Origin: Eledone cirrhosa
Taxonomy: Eukaryota
Direction of reading: 5' to 3'
Assembly: GCA_964016885.1 (NCBI GenBank)
Contig: OZ024740.1
Coordinates: 83,576,001 to 83,640,000, forward strand
Length of the DNA stretch: 64,000 bases
Shown piece by piece: positions 45,155-57,619 of the stretch. The notes beneath the pieces are model-generated. The model did no database searches and had not been told where the DNA came from. It worked only from the letters and a program-made list of their open reading frames with translations. Within the stretch, counting starts at the first letter, position 1, and each line of letters opens with the position of its first letter. The translations under genes and the position numbers were made by a program.

Positions 45155-45559
45155 TGTGTGTGTGTGTGTGTGTATCGTAGTTCCGTGTTAATAAATCAGT
45201 TATTAGTTTTTAGGTATAGATTAATACACACTTCTGTAATGATGATTGCGCACTCCACTTAGTGTAACTCCAAAGTTATGATATTATCTGTTTGAAACAC
45301 ATGAGACAAAATGCTGTTGAAATCATGAGTATAAGGGCAATATGTGTGATTTTAACTAATCCATTCTATTCATTATATAATCAGTGTTATACCTATTTCG
45401 ACGGCATTTGTTATATAATATCCAGACAGGATATCATCAAAGAGTTCTTTACTTGCACATACATTAGCGGTGCAAGCTCTTATACGTTACTCCGACTTAG
45501 ATGATGCTTCTTCATGGCTCAGCTATCATATCAAATATATATAATATTTGTATGTATCA

Positions 45560-46435
45560 AATTGATTCTGTGGACTGTCCCTGTCTGATGAAGATCTTAC
45601 AGGCTTATGGAATCCCCAAGAAGATAGTGGACCTGACATCACTGCTCTACACCAACACCAAAGCCCAAGTCATTACACCTGATGGGAAGACAGAGTTCTT
45701 TGAGATACTGGCTGGAGTGCTCCAGGGAGATACATTGGCTCCCTACCTTTTCATCATCGTAGTGGACTATTCTATGCGCCTTGCATTGGATAAACACCAG
45801 GACGCTGGCTTTACTGTAGCACCGGCTCAGAGCAGGAGAGTTAAGGCGAAAAAAATATCGGATGCTGAATTTGCCGACGACATAGTTTTAGTGACAAATA
45901 CAGTGAAAGAGGCAGAGGATTTGATGCAGGAGGTTGAGACTGTGTCGATGAGTGTGGGGCTGAGAATGAATGAGACTAAAACAAAATATCTGATAGAGAA
46001 TGTTGAGAAGCCAGAGGGGATCACTAATGTAGGCGGGGAGCCGCTAGAATTGGTTGAGGACTTGCTGTACTTGGGGCAAAGATTGGGAATACGGAAGATG
46101 ATTTGGTTGAGAGGAAGAGCAAAGCCTGGGCGGCGTGCCACAGCTTGAGATCGGTGTGGATGTCGGACCTGCGTAAAGACCTGAAAATCCGCCTCTTCAC
46201 TTCTGTAGTGGAGTATGTGCTGCTGTACGGGTCTGAGACTTGGACACTGACCAAGAAACTCACTCAGATGGTGGATGGGTGCTACACAATAATGCTGAGG
46301 ATGGCTCTGAACATTAATCAGTATACACTGAGGATGAAAAACTCAGAGCTGTATGGGAGCCTCCCAAAAGTCAGCTCAAAAGTGACACAGAGGAGACTGA
46401 GGTTAGCTGGACATGCTCACCGGCATCCAGAGTTT
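45560..46435 (+). mobile_element. RTE-like LINE RT fragment, one frameshift
   Basis: GVLQGDTLAPYLF, FADDI, LLYGSETWTLTK, RRLRLAGH. Confidence 0.9.
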
Positions 46436-47035
46436 CCGCAGTGACACCTTTTGTCGCACCTTTGTTGCTGTGTAAATGCAGTGCAACAAGTGCCGCCCAG
46501 TGTTTGTGCTAATTGCACTATGCTGCAACTGCTTTGCCACGCTGATTTCATAATCACAATAACCCTACTTAAACGTTCATCCCTACTTAGTTTCACACAA
46601 TTGACAACGTCACTGCGTCGGGCTGACGTTTGTTCCACATCTGTGACGTAATTTGTGAACAGACTTACGACATACATCGCCCCACAATACTTATTTACTC
46701 CTTTCACATACAGGATTTCCGTAATCAGCCCACTGGCACCGCTACTATTGGATTCTGCCTACTGGTGTTCTACGTTTCCAGTAGATGAACAATCATTCCC
46801 TGAGAATAAGGGAATACAAAAAGTACACAGCTACATTCCTCAATCTTTGTATATGCGTGTTGCTATTTCACGTTTCCTACGCCGTGCAACGCCGTGTCCT
46901 ACTGCTACTATATATATATAAGTATATATATATATAAAAAGAAATTTTCGCTCTACAATAAATACCATACACGATAACGTGGTGGTGGGGGGGGGGGGGG
47001 GGGTAACCATCATGAATGCATACATGTATGTATAT

Positions 47036-47106
<71 letters not shown>

Positions 47107-47111
<5 letters not shown>

Positions 47112-47537
47112 TGGTAAACGGAATAGAAAATGCTGACAAATTGTTCACAGTTGAAAAATGGTTTAATTAGGAATAAAAGAGTATTAGTGATTGCATGGGT
47201 TAGTATTCGGTTGTGGTTTTAAGTTTTTAAGTTTTTACCGGTTGCGCATTTCTAAATGCTTTTCAAAAATAATTTTGAGATAGAGTGTCCGTGCTGTTTG
47301 CTCTGATCTGAGCAAACAGCACGGACACTCTATCTCAAAATTATTTTTGAAAAGCATTTAGAAATGCGCAACCGGTAAAAACTTAAAAACTTAAAACCAC
47401 AACCGAATACTAACCCATACAATCACTAATACTCTTTTATTCCTAATTAAACCATTTTTCAACTGTGAACAATTTGTCAGCATTTTCTATTCCGTTTACC
47501 AATATATAATAACTTGTGTGTTACACCTCTATTCTTT

Positions 47538-47545
<8 letters not shown>
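47107..47545. repeat. Near-perfect ~200-bp-arm fold-back (centre about 47306), same family as 29865-31316
   Basis: ...GTTTGCTC-tgatct-GAGCAAAC...; (TA)n on both sides. Confidence 0.95.
47344..47380 (+). ncRNA. Hammerhead-like motif with U3:A8 and GAAA>GCAA (also at about 30020-, 31160+ and 47232-)
   Basis: TTT-TTGAAAA-GCATTT-ag-AAATGC-GCAAC-cg-GTA-AAA; same layout as 39962-39999. Confidence 0.5.
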
Positions 47546-47579
<34 letters not shown>

Positions 47580-47586
<7 letters not shown>

Positions 47587-48320
47587 ATACTTGGGAGGAT
47601 CATATTGTTGTAATAATATTGCCAGAAATAATAACAGAATACACTGACTGTTTGGTTGGTTTTCGCTGAATACAATAAATATAATCTGAGTTTTTCGAAT
47701 ATTAATAATAACATTCGAATCGTTTGCAATTATGCAAACAACCCTCAGCCATGTCAGTGGAATGAACTCTTCATTCCTGCTCTTGTGTTGGCATGTGAAC
47801 AGAACTGCAGACACTAACTTTTCTGGGTATCACATTAGTGTCTGCAATTCTAGTCACATGCCAACACAAGAGCAGGAATGAAGAGGTCATTCTACTCACA
47901 TGGCTATAAAATTGAGGCTTGTTTGCATAATTGCAAAAGAATCTAATGTTATTATTAATATTCGAAAAACTCAGATTACATTTATTGTATTCAGCCATGT
48001 AAAGCGAACATTTCTTTTTATTTGAATGTGGCAAAGCCGGCCATTTATCGCTCGCATACAGGAAACTGACCGGCCAGTCTGCCGATCGGCAAATCTGGCT
48101 GATCAGTGGATCTGCTAATATGCAGATCAGGCTGATCAGCGAGTTTGCTAATATGCAAATCAGGCCGATTAGTCACTGTGTATTTTTGAAAATAGCATAT
48201 ATTTTCACGAGCTCTGACAGTTTGGCAAGTGAACAGTGAGCTGTACTGATGAAGGGTGATACCCAGAAACATTAGTGTCTGCAGTTCTGTTCACATGCCA
48301 ACACAAGAGCATGAATGTAG
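47580..48320. repeat. PLE terminal stub (47580-47665), fold-back (about 47663-47818 and 47833-47996) and third partial copy (about 48257-48320)
   Basis: Direct reading; the stub matches 18557-18643. Confidence 0.8.
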
Positions 48321-48509
48321 AGTTTTGGCCGGGCCAAAACTCTTGATTGGTAATAGGACTGTGTGTGTATGTGCGCATGCGTGCGTTTGTCGGCGTTCTT
48401 AAATTAGCGACGCGTGTATCTGTCACTGTTTTTAAGTTAGATGTATATGTATGTGTATCCCTTTCCTTCCTTTTACACACACATACATTCACACAAACAC
48501 ACATACACA

Positions 48510-49205
48510 TTGCTGATGGACAGGTGGACAGAAATCCCTCAAATTTATATACATGTGAATGGAGTTCTACTGAAGCAGCTAGAGAAGTTCAAGTATCTTG
48601 GAGCCGTGTTCATGAGTGATGGAATGCAGGAGGCTGAATTAAGTGCAAGAATTGCAAAAGATGATGCAGTAAAGCTCCAGCCTCAGAAATCAGATGAAGG
48701 GGGTTGTGTAAAAGCAAAACTCGCTGTCTTTCTGGTATTCCTGCCACCTCTTACCGAGGATCATGAATCTTGAGTAATGACCAAAAGAATACAATTGCAA
48801 ATAAAAGTGGCAGAAATGGGATTGCTCCGAATGGTCTTTGGTGTAACGTTACTCGATAAAATGCATAGCTCAGAGACCAGAGAGTCACTCCTGGCAGAGC
48901 CGCTACTTCTCCGAATTGAGAGATCACAACTGCGATATTATGAACACGTGGTTAGAATGTCTCAGTAAAGAATCGCTGGACACATTTTAATGGCAAAACC
49001 AACCTGCAAGAGACCGAGAGGGAGACCCTGAGCAAGATAGTTGGATAAGATCCATGAGCTTGGATGGTCATGATTTGGGTTCCAGCTGGATCAGTTAGAG
49101 ATGTTTGCTACTGACAGACTCGATGGAAGGAGTGTTTGAGAAGGACTCTGCCCCCCCCCCCCCTCCACAACCCTCTCAGAAATAAGTGGGTGAAGAAGAA
49201 GAAGA
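48510..49205 (+). mobile_element. RTE-like LINE 3' fragment with (GAA)n tail
   Basis: FKYLGAVFMSDG, AEMGLLR, IERSQLRYYEHVVRM, RPRGRP. Confidence 0.85.
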
Positions 49206-49327
49206 TATTGTCAATTTACTTTTCAATTTACATATATCTATATGCATATATCTTTGCGTACAATACCAATATGCACACTACATATGCCAGCAGGAAACTG
49301 CTCGGGGCGGTTTTTCTGGTAGTATAT

Positions 49328-49477
49328 ATAACGAAGGAAGTGTGGTAAGGAACCAGGTGGACCATAACGCACTAGAGTACTCGATACTTTGCGTAGTAGA
49401 TTGGGTAATAGGAGAAGGTTCAGGGCCCCGACGGCAGAGCTCAAACTTTGAGCTCTGCCGTCTGGATGCTGAACCTT

Positions 49478-49478
<1 letters not shown>
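49328..49478 (-). repeat. Short fold-back element, family shared with 26352-26400, 58543-58575 and 61246-61446
   Basis: Hairpin 49415-49477 around GACGGCAGAGCTCAAA-c-TTTGAGCTCTGCCGTC; TA-repeat flanks. Confidence 0.8.
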
Positions 49479-49523
<45 letters not shown>

Positions 49524-50502
49524 AAACTATAAGCATATTAGCACATATGCTCACATTCACACATGTCATATATTTCTATTGCAATTATGTAAACGAACGA
49601 TATAATGGTAGAAAACTACAAGTAAATGTTTCCTAAATAGCCACTTTGGTTGTCCAGTGGAACACCCTATCAATGGGGTTTCGGTTGTGCAAGTGGTAGA
49701 AGACACAAAGAGATACACTATGCGTTCTCGTATATCCATCTAAATTGTAATGTTTATGTCTCATCAATTATCCAGCATGAAGTATCATGTGATACATTGT
49801 GATACAATGCCAAAGATCCCATTCACACTCCTGCATCGAATGTCTTGACAGGGGTGAATAATTACATAATTTCCAGCTCATAGAATGATTTTAATATATT
49901 TCTAATGACACATTTAATGTACACACTGAATATATATATTCAGTGTGTACATAAAATGTGTCCAATGAGATACATCGCTAACTCGTTGAAAAACCGTTTC
50001 AGAGTTACTGTAAGTGAGCATAGGTGGATGTGTAGAAGGTTTGGAAGAATATGATTGAATACAGAAAACCGTTTAAATAAATCTGATGGGGTATATAGGC
50101 AATATATCTCACAGGAAGATATTGGTTGTATATAATGCTTTTGTTGTTCTTGTTTAGCTTCGTGTTAACATCACATGAAGTATTACCGTGTTCACCTAAT
50201 TTTAAATACAGATTATGATTTCATAGTATCCTTATAGAATGTGCAGGAACCTTCTTCTTGTATTGAGATTCTGTCACTTACAGTAAGAATTAAATATATC
50301 ATTGATGTGAAGTAAATTACAGTACAAGGATTGGAGTAATTTGCAATTCACTCTGTTACATTGACATCCAAGTCATAAAATAAGCTAAGTTGTCATATTG
50401 TCAGGGCAGAGGGTTAGCAATACATTAGTATTTACAGCTATATAATATGTTCCGCCAGCCTGGGACAAAATATATCTAAGAATATTTTGGTTAAATATAA
50501 CT

Positions 50503-50930
50503 ATGTATACGTACATACATATATATACAGACATACAGTAGTATGTATATACATACATACATACACGTATATAGATATGTACGTATGGGTTCAATCGACT
50601 GACAGGAAGGTATACGGTGCTGATGACAGCTAATAAGCTAGAAACTAGTTCATCGTTCCTTTGTCAGTGTTGAACAAAAGGGCAACGATGGTTGCCGAAC
50701 ACTGTACGGCTAATAATTCGGGCTGTTTGTTTACAAACAAACCGAGCATTATAATAAATGTTGGGTAAACCCATATGTACATATATATATATATGTGTTC
50801 ATGTATATATGTGTGTATGTATATACATACTACTGTACGTCTGTATACATATATGTATGTACGTATACATACTTATATTTAAGTATCAGCCGTACTAAGA
50901 GTGAGAAATGAAATTTAATTTTTTCCATTT
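50503..50930 (+). mobile_element. Non-coding HHR-bearing element (family of 54790-56005) with a short inverted arm at 50503-50592
   Basis: Clear similarity to 55670-56005. Confidence 0.85.
50614..50656 (+). ncRNA. Minimal type I hammerhead ribozyme
   Basis: ACGGTG-CTGATGA-c-AGCT-aata-AGCT-a-GAAAC-ta-GTT-CATCGT. Confidence 0.8.
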
Positions 50931-51545
50931 AATATTTTGGTTGTTTTTCCTTTTGAAATGTTTTCTGCGAAGCAGAATCCTTGAGTCAAGAAGAGCTCTA
51001 ATCGTTCGCATTACGTTTCTACTTGGCTCAACATGTTTCCTATTCGATCGTCAAGGAACAATTATATATGACGGAAAGGAAACTCAAAATAAACATCCGT
51101 AGCTGATATTGGTAATTTGATAGTCGTAGCAAATAAATTCTTTCAAATCATGCACTATCGTCTTAAAGTATTAATAATATATTTGACAACATAATCTAAT
51201 ATATAATGAAATATGAGATGACTATCGCTAAAATGTTTTTCATCATTTGGTGTTGACATTTGAATTAACATCAACAGCAGTAAGTACATATAACACAAAG
51301 CAAATTTTGTTATATATATATAATCATTTCATATTTCTTTTTAAGTATTCATCGGATCAAAAAAATATAATAGGAATTATTTGTACATATACAAGGCTCA
51401 ATACATTCATTATCCATCAGCTCAAGTATCACTTGCTTTTAGAGTTTGATATTTAACGAATATAGTAATGTAGTCATGGAGATTGATATTTAATTCAGCC
51501 TTTGCTTTAATTTTCTGTATATGCTGTTAGCAGATTATTTTAACA

Positions 51546-51714
51546 TCGGTAGAGGGTCGGACGCCATGCTTTCCAGCATAGTTACTTCCCTTTACGGTCT
51601 GAGTTCAAATACCGCCGAGGTTAACTTTGCCTTTCATCCTTACGGGGTCGATAAAATAAAGTACCAGTAATGTATTGGGTAATTGATGGCCTTGTGCATA
51701 AAGTAGAAACAATT
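51546..51714 (+). mobile_element. SINE copy
   Basis: Match to the SINE consensus. Confidence 0.85.
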
Positions 51715-51985
51715 ATTTGATGTAATCCAATTACTTTATGTGAGATAGGAAACGTTGCTATGGCTGCGAGTTTCATTCAAGGAAATACACCTTCAAATGA
51801 TTTATAACTAATCTATTTATTTAGAATAATTTGCTCGCAAGATTTCCTGCTATATATATAGTTTACGTGTTATATCATACAGAATACGACATTTATTTCT
51901 GCTGCAATATCTATACCATTTCTTGATTATCTCATTTTTAAGTAAACATCAACATTAGTGTGAAGAGTATCTACACTAAACGCCG

Positions 51986-52042
<57 letters not shown>

Positions 52043-52046
<4 letters not shown>

Positions 52047-53465
52047 CGTTTCTGAATTTGTTTAGCAAGATTCTTTATCTGAAAACGTGTGTTGAAACGG
52101 ATCTGGTTATACTTTGGGAGGGTCATGTTGCCAATAACAAACACACGCACCAGTTGCTTCACTTCAATTTATTATAATAAATTTATAAATTTAGGAATTT
52201 ATAAATTTCCAATTTATAAATTTCCGGTTGGTTGGTTGGTTCCACAACCAGATGGTTGTTTATATATTGTCAAAGTTCTTTCGTCACACATTCTGTGACC
52301 TCTTCAGTGACTGGGGATTATTTTCTTTGTCTTGTGTGCCTCTCCTTTGTTCTGTCCTACACCATCTTGTTTTTGTGTGTGTGCTGTGTGCTTAGTTTGC
52401 GCATGTGTTACAACAGGGTGTCTGTGTGTGTTTGTTCGTTTATTTATTTGTTTATTTACATGTTACTGGTTGGTTGTTTGTTCTATGTGCGTGTGTGTTT
52501 TCATTTTGTCCTTAATTGTAAGTTGTAATGTTGCTGTTCTACTCATGTTTTCTATTTAATTTTGGTTGTAATTCACTTATGTTTATTGCCTCTGTGATGT
52601 GTCTAAACATTGCGTCTTTTCTGTGTGAAGATTCTATTTTTATTTCTATGTTCTCTAATTTACCCTTATGTTCTATTTTAGCATATTGGTAGAGTACAGA
52701 TGATTCTTTACTATCTTTAAGGTCTCGCCAGTGTTCAGTTATCCGTTCCCCTATACTACGACCTGTCTCACCTATGTACACTATATTTTTATCTCTACAT
52801 TGTCCTTCAGTACATCTTATGCTATATACTACATTTCTAGTTTCACAGTTAATATGGGGGCTTAATTTACAGATTATACATTTCTTATCTATAAAAGGGT
52901 TTATAAATTTCCGGTTGGTTGATTGGTTCCACAACCAGATGGTTGTTTATATGTTGTCAAAGTTCTTTCGTAAACACATTATGTGACCTCTTCAGTGACT
53001 TGGGATTCTTTTCTTTGTTTTTTGTGCCTCTCCTTTGTTATGTCCTACGCCATCTTGTTTTTGTGGGTGTGTAGATAAGAAATGTATAATCTGTAAATTA
53101 AGCCCCCATATTAACTGTGAAAGTAGAATAACATGTAAATAAACAAATAAATAAACGAATATAAACACACACAGACACCCGAATGTAACACATGCGCAAA
53201 CTAAGCACACAACACACACACAAAAACAAGATGGCGTAGGACAGAACAAAGGAGAGGCACAAAAAACAAAGAAAAGAATCCCCAGTCAATGAAGAGGTCA
53301 CAGAATGTGTGACGAAAGAACTTTGACAATATATAAACAACCATCTGGTTGTGGAACCAACCAACCAACCGGAAATTTATAAATGTATTATAAAAAATTG
53401 AAGTGAAGCAACTGGTGCGTGTCTTTCTTATTGGCAACATGACCCTCCCAAAGTATAACAATATA
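52043..53465 (-). mobile_element. PLE 3' fragment: GIY-YIG remnant (about 52539-52900) with direct and inverted terminal repeat copies
   Basis: CIICK...NVVYSIRC...YIGETGRSIGERITEH...EAINISELQPKLN; direct repeat period ~687 bp; inverted arm about 53072-53460; (TA)n at both ends. Confidence 0.9.
52269..52311 (-). ncRNA. Type I hammerhead ribozyme (further copies at 52956-52999 - and 53285-53327 +, the last with C3A)
   Basis: Reverse complement: GTCA-CTGAAGA-G-GTCACA-gaatg-TGTGAC-GAAAG-aa-CTT-TGAC. Confidence 0.75.
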
Positions 53466-54606
53466 TATATATATATATAGTATGTTGACATTGGTTTTAA
53501 AATATATGGTTGAAAATGTTGTTTGAGAAGTAAAGTTAATGAGGTGCTTTGATTCATAAATATCCTATCGATCGTTAGGAAAGTTTAGGTTGGATGTTTG
53601 GATGAAAGGAATTGTGTTCTCAGCAAATAGTATAAGATATCATTTTGTAGCATCTCTGATCGCTGTTGAAGTTGGATAGATTTAGGTCGGCATAGATCAA
53701 AAGTACATACTTTGAAATGCATTTTGGTTACGCCCTTCAAGCTATATTCTTCTGGTATGACTATTTCTAAGGCTTAGTGAAACTCTGGTAACTCTCTCCT
53801 GTTGGTTAACCGACTATGGAGAGAGATGTAAACATTTTTATTGAAGGAAATTTCATAGATTTTGTGGCAGTGTGAACCACATTTAGCTGGATCGAAAAGC
53901 AAAAATGGTTACGTGCAATTGATAGGTGAAAATGAAGCATGGCATTATAGAATTAATTACACTGTGCAACATATATTTCATGTTATACTCCTATAGTCAG
54001 TGATTTGATTAAGAGGTGGAACATATGTGACAAACACATAACTGGAATGATTATTAAATAATTGATGTTACTGTTTTGTTTGAAAGTGTTAGATATAATT
54101 ACATTACACATTACTCCATTGCTTATAATCTTATATAAAAACAAATCTCTAGCTATAACGTCGTTTGGTATTACCTCTATATAATATTATTTTTGTAATG
54201 TCTAGTACACGAAACCTTTAACAGGCTGTGATATCAACATCTATAACATACGTATTATATGTGTTATATTATATGTTCTGAATATGTGGAGGACAATAAC
54301 TAAAACGTTACTATAAAAAGTAAAATGCATGAACTTTGCACAAGTTTCTCATGAAGTTTCCTTACTTTAGACATTACAGAATGATTTTGTAATGTGTTTC
54401 ATTGACATAGAAGCTAAGCGATTCCTAGTAACATTTGTACGTTTTAATAACCAGTAGTCTGGTTTCAAAACAGTTATTGGTTAAACAATGAACATAACGT
54501 AATGCCTTTCATTTAATTTGAAGCTTTCCTATTTATATAAGTATTTCATTTCCTCAGCTTATATAAACATGCATACATTCATACGTACGTACACATATAT
54601 ACATAC

Positions 54607-54680
<74 letters not shown>

Positions 54681-55020
54681 CTCAGTAAAATAGGTACCAG
54701 GCACCAAAGCCATATATTATACTTCATATTAACGACTGAAATACTTCTAAATATGTGCCCACAACAAAACCGCAGTATAATATGGAAATCATATATATAT
54801 ATATAAGCATGTCTACGTATATACACATATGTATACAGACGTACAGTAGTATGTATATATATATACATGCACACATATATATATATATATGCACGTATCG
54901 GTTTACCGAACATTTATTATAATGCTCGGTTTGTTTGTTGGTAAACAAACAAACAGCCCGAATTAAGCCGTACAGTGTTTAGGCAACCACGTCAACTTTT
55001 TATTCAACACTGACACAGGA

Positions 55021-55063
55021 ACGATGTACTAGTTTCAAGCTTATTAGCTATCGTCAGCATCGT
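55021..55063 (-). ncRNA. Minimal type I hammerhead ribozyme
   Basis: Reverse complement: ACGATG-CTGACGA-t-AGCT-aata-AGCT-t-GAAAC-ta-GTA-CATCGT. Confidence 0.85.
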
Positions 55064-55687
55064 ATACCTTCCTGCCAGATGGTTGAACGTCTGAAAGTAT
55101 ATACTTTCCTTATGCATATTAACGGCTGAGCAGCCTAATTTGCATATCGAGTGAGTTCAGTCGGCTGGGCGCACCGAAAACGAAATTTCGTTCCTCACTC
55201 TTAGTACAGCACTTACTTAAATGTAAGTATGTATGTATACGTACATACATATATGTATGCAGACGTACAGTAGTATGTATATATATACATACATGCACAC
55301 ACATATATATATGCACGTATCAGTTTACCGAACATTTATTATAATGCTCGGTTTGTTTGTTTGAAAACAGACAAACAGCCCGAATTACGCCGTACAGTGT
55401 GTAGACAACCACGTCACTTTTTTGTTTAACACTGACACAGGAACGATGTACTAGTTTCAAGCTTATTAGCTATCGTATACCTTCGTATACATACATACAT
55501 ACTTACATTTAAGTAAGTGCCGTAATAAGAGTGAAAAATGAAATTTCGTTTCATTCTATTCCATTTATCGTTCTCGGTGCGCCCAGCCGACTGAACTCAC
55601 TCGATATGCAAATTAGGCTGCTCAGCCGTTAATATGCATAAGGAAAGTATATACTTTAAGACGTTCAACCATCTGGCTGGAATGTAT

Positions 55688-55730
55688 ACGATGCTGAGGA
55701 TAGCTAATAAGCTTGAAACTAGTACATCGT
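55688..55730 (+). ncRNA. Minimal type I hammerhead ribozyme
   Basis: ACGATG-CTGAGGA-t-AGCT-aata-AGCT-t-GAAAC-ta-GTA-CATCGT. Confidence 0.85.
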
Positions 55731-56000
55731 TCCTGTGTCAGTGTTGAACAAAAAGGTGACGTGGTTGCCTAAACACTGTACGGCGTAATTCGGGCTGTTT
55801 GTTTGTTTACAAACAAACCGAACATGATAATAAGTGTTCGGTAAACCGATACGTGCATATATATATGTGTGCATATATGTATATATATACATACTACTGT
55901 ACGTCTGTATACATATATGTATGTACGTAAACATACATACTTACATTTAAGTAAGTGCCGTACTAAGAGTGATAAATGAAATTTCGTTTCATTCTATTCC

Positions 56001-56040
<40 letters not shown>

Positions 56041-56192
56041 AATTAATATATCTACCGACGCATACCTATGCTAGCAGATATATATATGTTTTGTCTTAGT
56101 AACTTTGTGGTTCTATGCAGGGGAATGCAGAACAATTATATGAAAGACGTAAATAAGAAAGTTATGAAAATTGACTTACTTACTAAAATTTC

Positions 56193-56269
56193 ACTCCAAC
56201 TAATTAGTTTCTGTAAGGGATAAATATAGTTATGTAAACCTATAGAGAAGCCTTACGTCATCAGGGAGT
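56193..56269 (-). ncRNA. Type I hammerhead ribozyme with extended stem II
   Basis: Reverse complement: ACTCC-CTGATGA-c-GTAAGG...CCTTAC-a-GAAAC-taatta-GTT-GGAGT. Confidence 0.8.
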
Positions 56270-57115
56270 CTATTCTCAGCTAAGTTTCCAGGCAATGCGG
56301 GGACACTGGGAACTTATATAAAAATAATTCAGTGGATGGAAAAAACGAGCGGGGCTAGATTCCAAGCCATTGAAAAGTTCACTGCCTTATTGGTCAAGTG
56401 GCAAATTCAAAAGAATCAATCACGTGACACTGAGGTTAATCAGCTTGGAGTGGGGGTGCTAATAAGACAGAGCCTAGCTACTACTATCAGTCACAGTAGT
56501 AATTTGGCAAATTTTGCTCAACAAATAATTTGGAGGTAAATATAAAGAATTAATATATCTACCGACATATTTATACCGATGCATACCTATGCTAGCAGAT
56601 ATATATGTTTGTCTTAGTAACTTTGTGGTTCTATGCAGGGGAATGCAGAACAATTATATGAAAGACGTAAACAAGAAAGTTATGAAAATGTTAGTAAATA
56701 AGTCAATTTTCATAACTTTCTTATTTACGTCTTTCATATAATTGTTCTGCATTCCCCTGCATAGAACCACAAAGTTACTAAGACAAAACATATATATCTG
56801 CTAGCATAGGTATGCATCGGAATACATATGTCGGTAGATATATTAATTCTTTATAATTACCTCCAAATTAATTGTTGAGCAAAATTTGCCAAATTACTAC
56901 TGTGACTGATAGTAGTAGCTAGGCTCTGTCTTATTAGCACCCCCACTCCAAGCTGGTTAACCTCAGTGTCACGTGATTGATTCTTTTGAATTTGCCACTT
57001 GACCAAGAAGGCAGTGAATTTTTCAATGGCTTGGAATCTAGCCCCGCTCATTTTTTCCTTCCACTGAATTATTTTTATATAAGTTCCCAGTGTCTGGAAA
57101 CTTAGCTGAGAATAG

Positions 57116-57194
57116 ACTTCCTGATGACGTAAGGCTTCTCTATAGTTATTACATAACTATATTTATCCCCTTACAGAAACTAATTAGTTGGAGT
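57116..57194 (+). ncRNA. Type I hammerhead ribozyme with extended stem II (mirror of 56193-56269)
   Basis: ACTTC-CTGATGA-c-GTAAGG...CCTTAC-a-GAAAC-taatta-GTT-GGAGT; palindromic AACTAATTAGTT. Confidence 0.8.
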
Positions 57195-57312
57195 GAAATT
57201 TTAGTAAGTAAGTCAATTTTCATAACTTTCTTATTTACGTCTTTCATATATATATATATATATATATCAAGTAAGGATATTTTCGAAACAGCGAGTCGGT
57301 TTGAAATTATTA

Positions 57313-57423
57313 GAAATGTAAGCTATCGGGAAATGTAAGCTATCGGGAAATGTAAGCTATCGGGAAATGGAAAAAGATGACTAATGACGTACATGTACGT
57401 CAATACTCATCTTTTTCCATTTC
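57313..57423. repeat. Three 17-bp tandem repeats (GAAATGTAAGCTATCGG) followed by a ~60-bp hairpin
   Basis: GAAATGGAAAAAGATGA...TGACGTACATGTACGTCA...TCATCTTTTTCCATTTC. Confidence 0.85.
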
Positions 57424-57527
57424 TCCGAGGGTTCTTAACCCCACTATCGGGCTAAATAATTTCTTTAATTTCTTTAGTCATAATATATATATATATGTAT
57501 GTATATATTTATATATATGTGTGTGTG

Positions 57528-57619
<92 letters not shown>

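Larger units (their letters stand above)
54790..56005. mobile_element. Non-coding ~422-bp HHR unit: tandem ~1.6-mer on -, then inverted copy on +
   Basis: HHR segments start at 55021 and 55443; mirror copy about 55495-56005; (TA)n flanks. Confidence 0.85.
56035..57248. mobile_element. Non-coding ~510-bp HHR unit: ~1.3-mer on -, then ~1.1-mer on +
   Basis: AATTAATATATCTACCGAC at about 56041 and 56548; TAAGTCAATTTTCATAAC at about 56698 and 57209; (TA)n at both ends. Confidence 0.9.

Noticed and set aside
56336-57051. Twin 67-aa and 64-aa ORFs as a small gene pair
   Set aside because: Mirror copies from the inverted repeat, antisense to the HHR, with no recognisable domain
57313-57368. CRISPR-like repeats
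   Set aside because: Head-to-tail tandem repeats with no spacers, in a eukaryotic context
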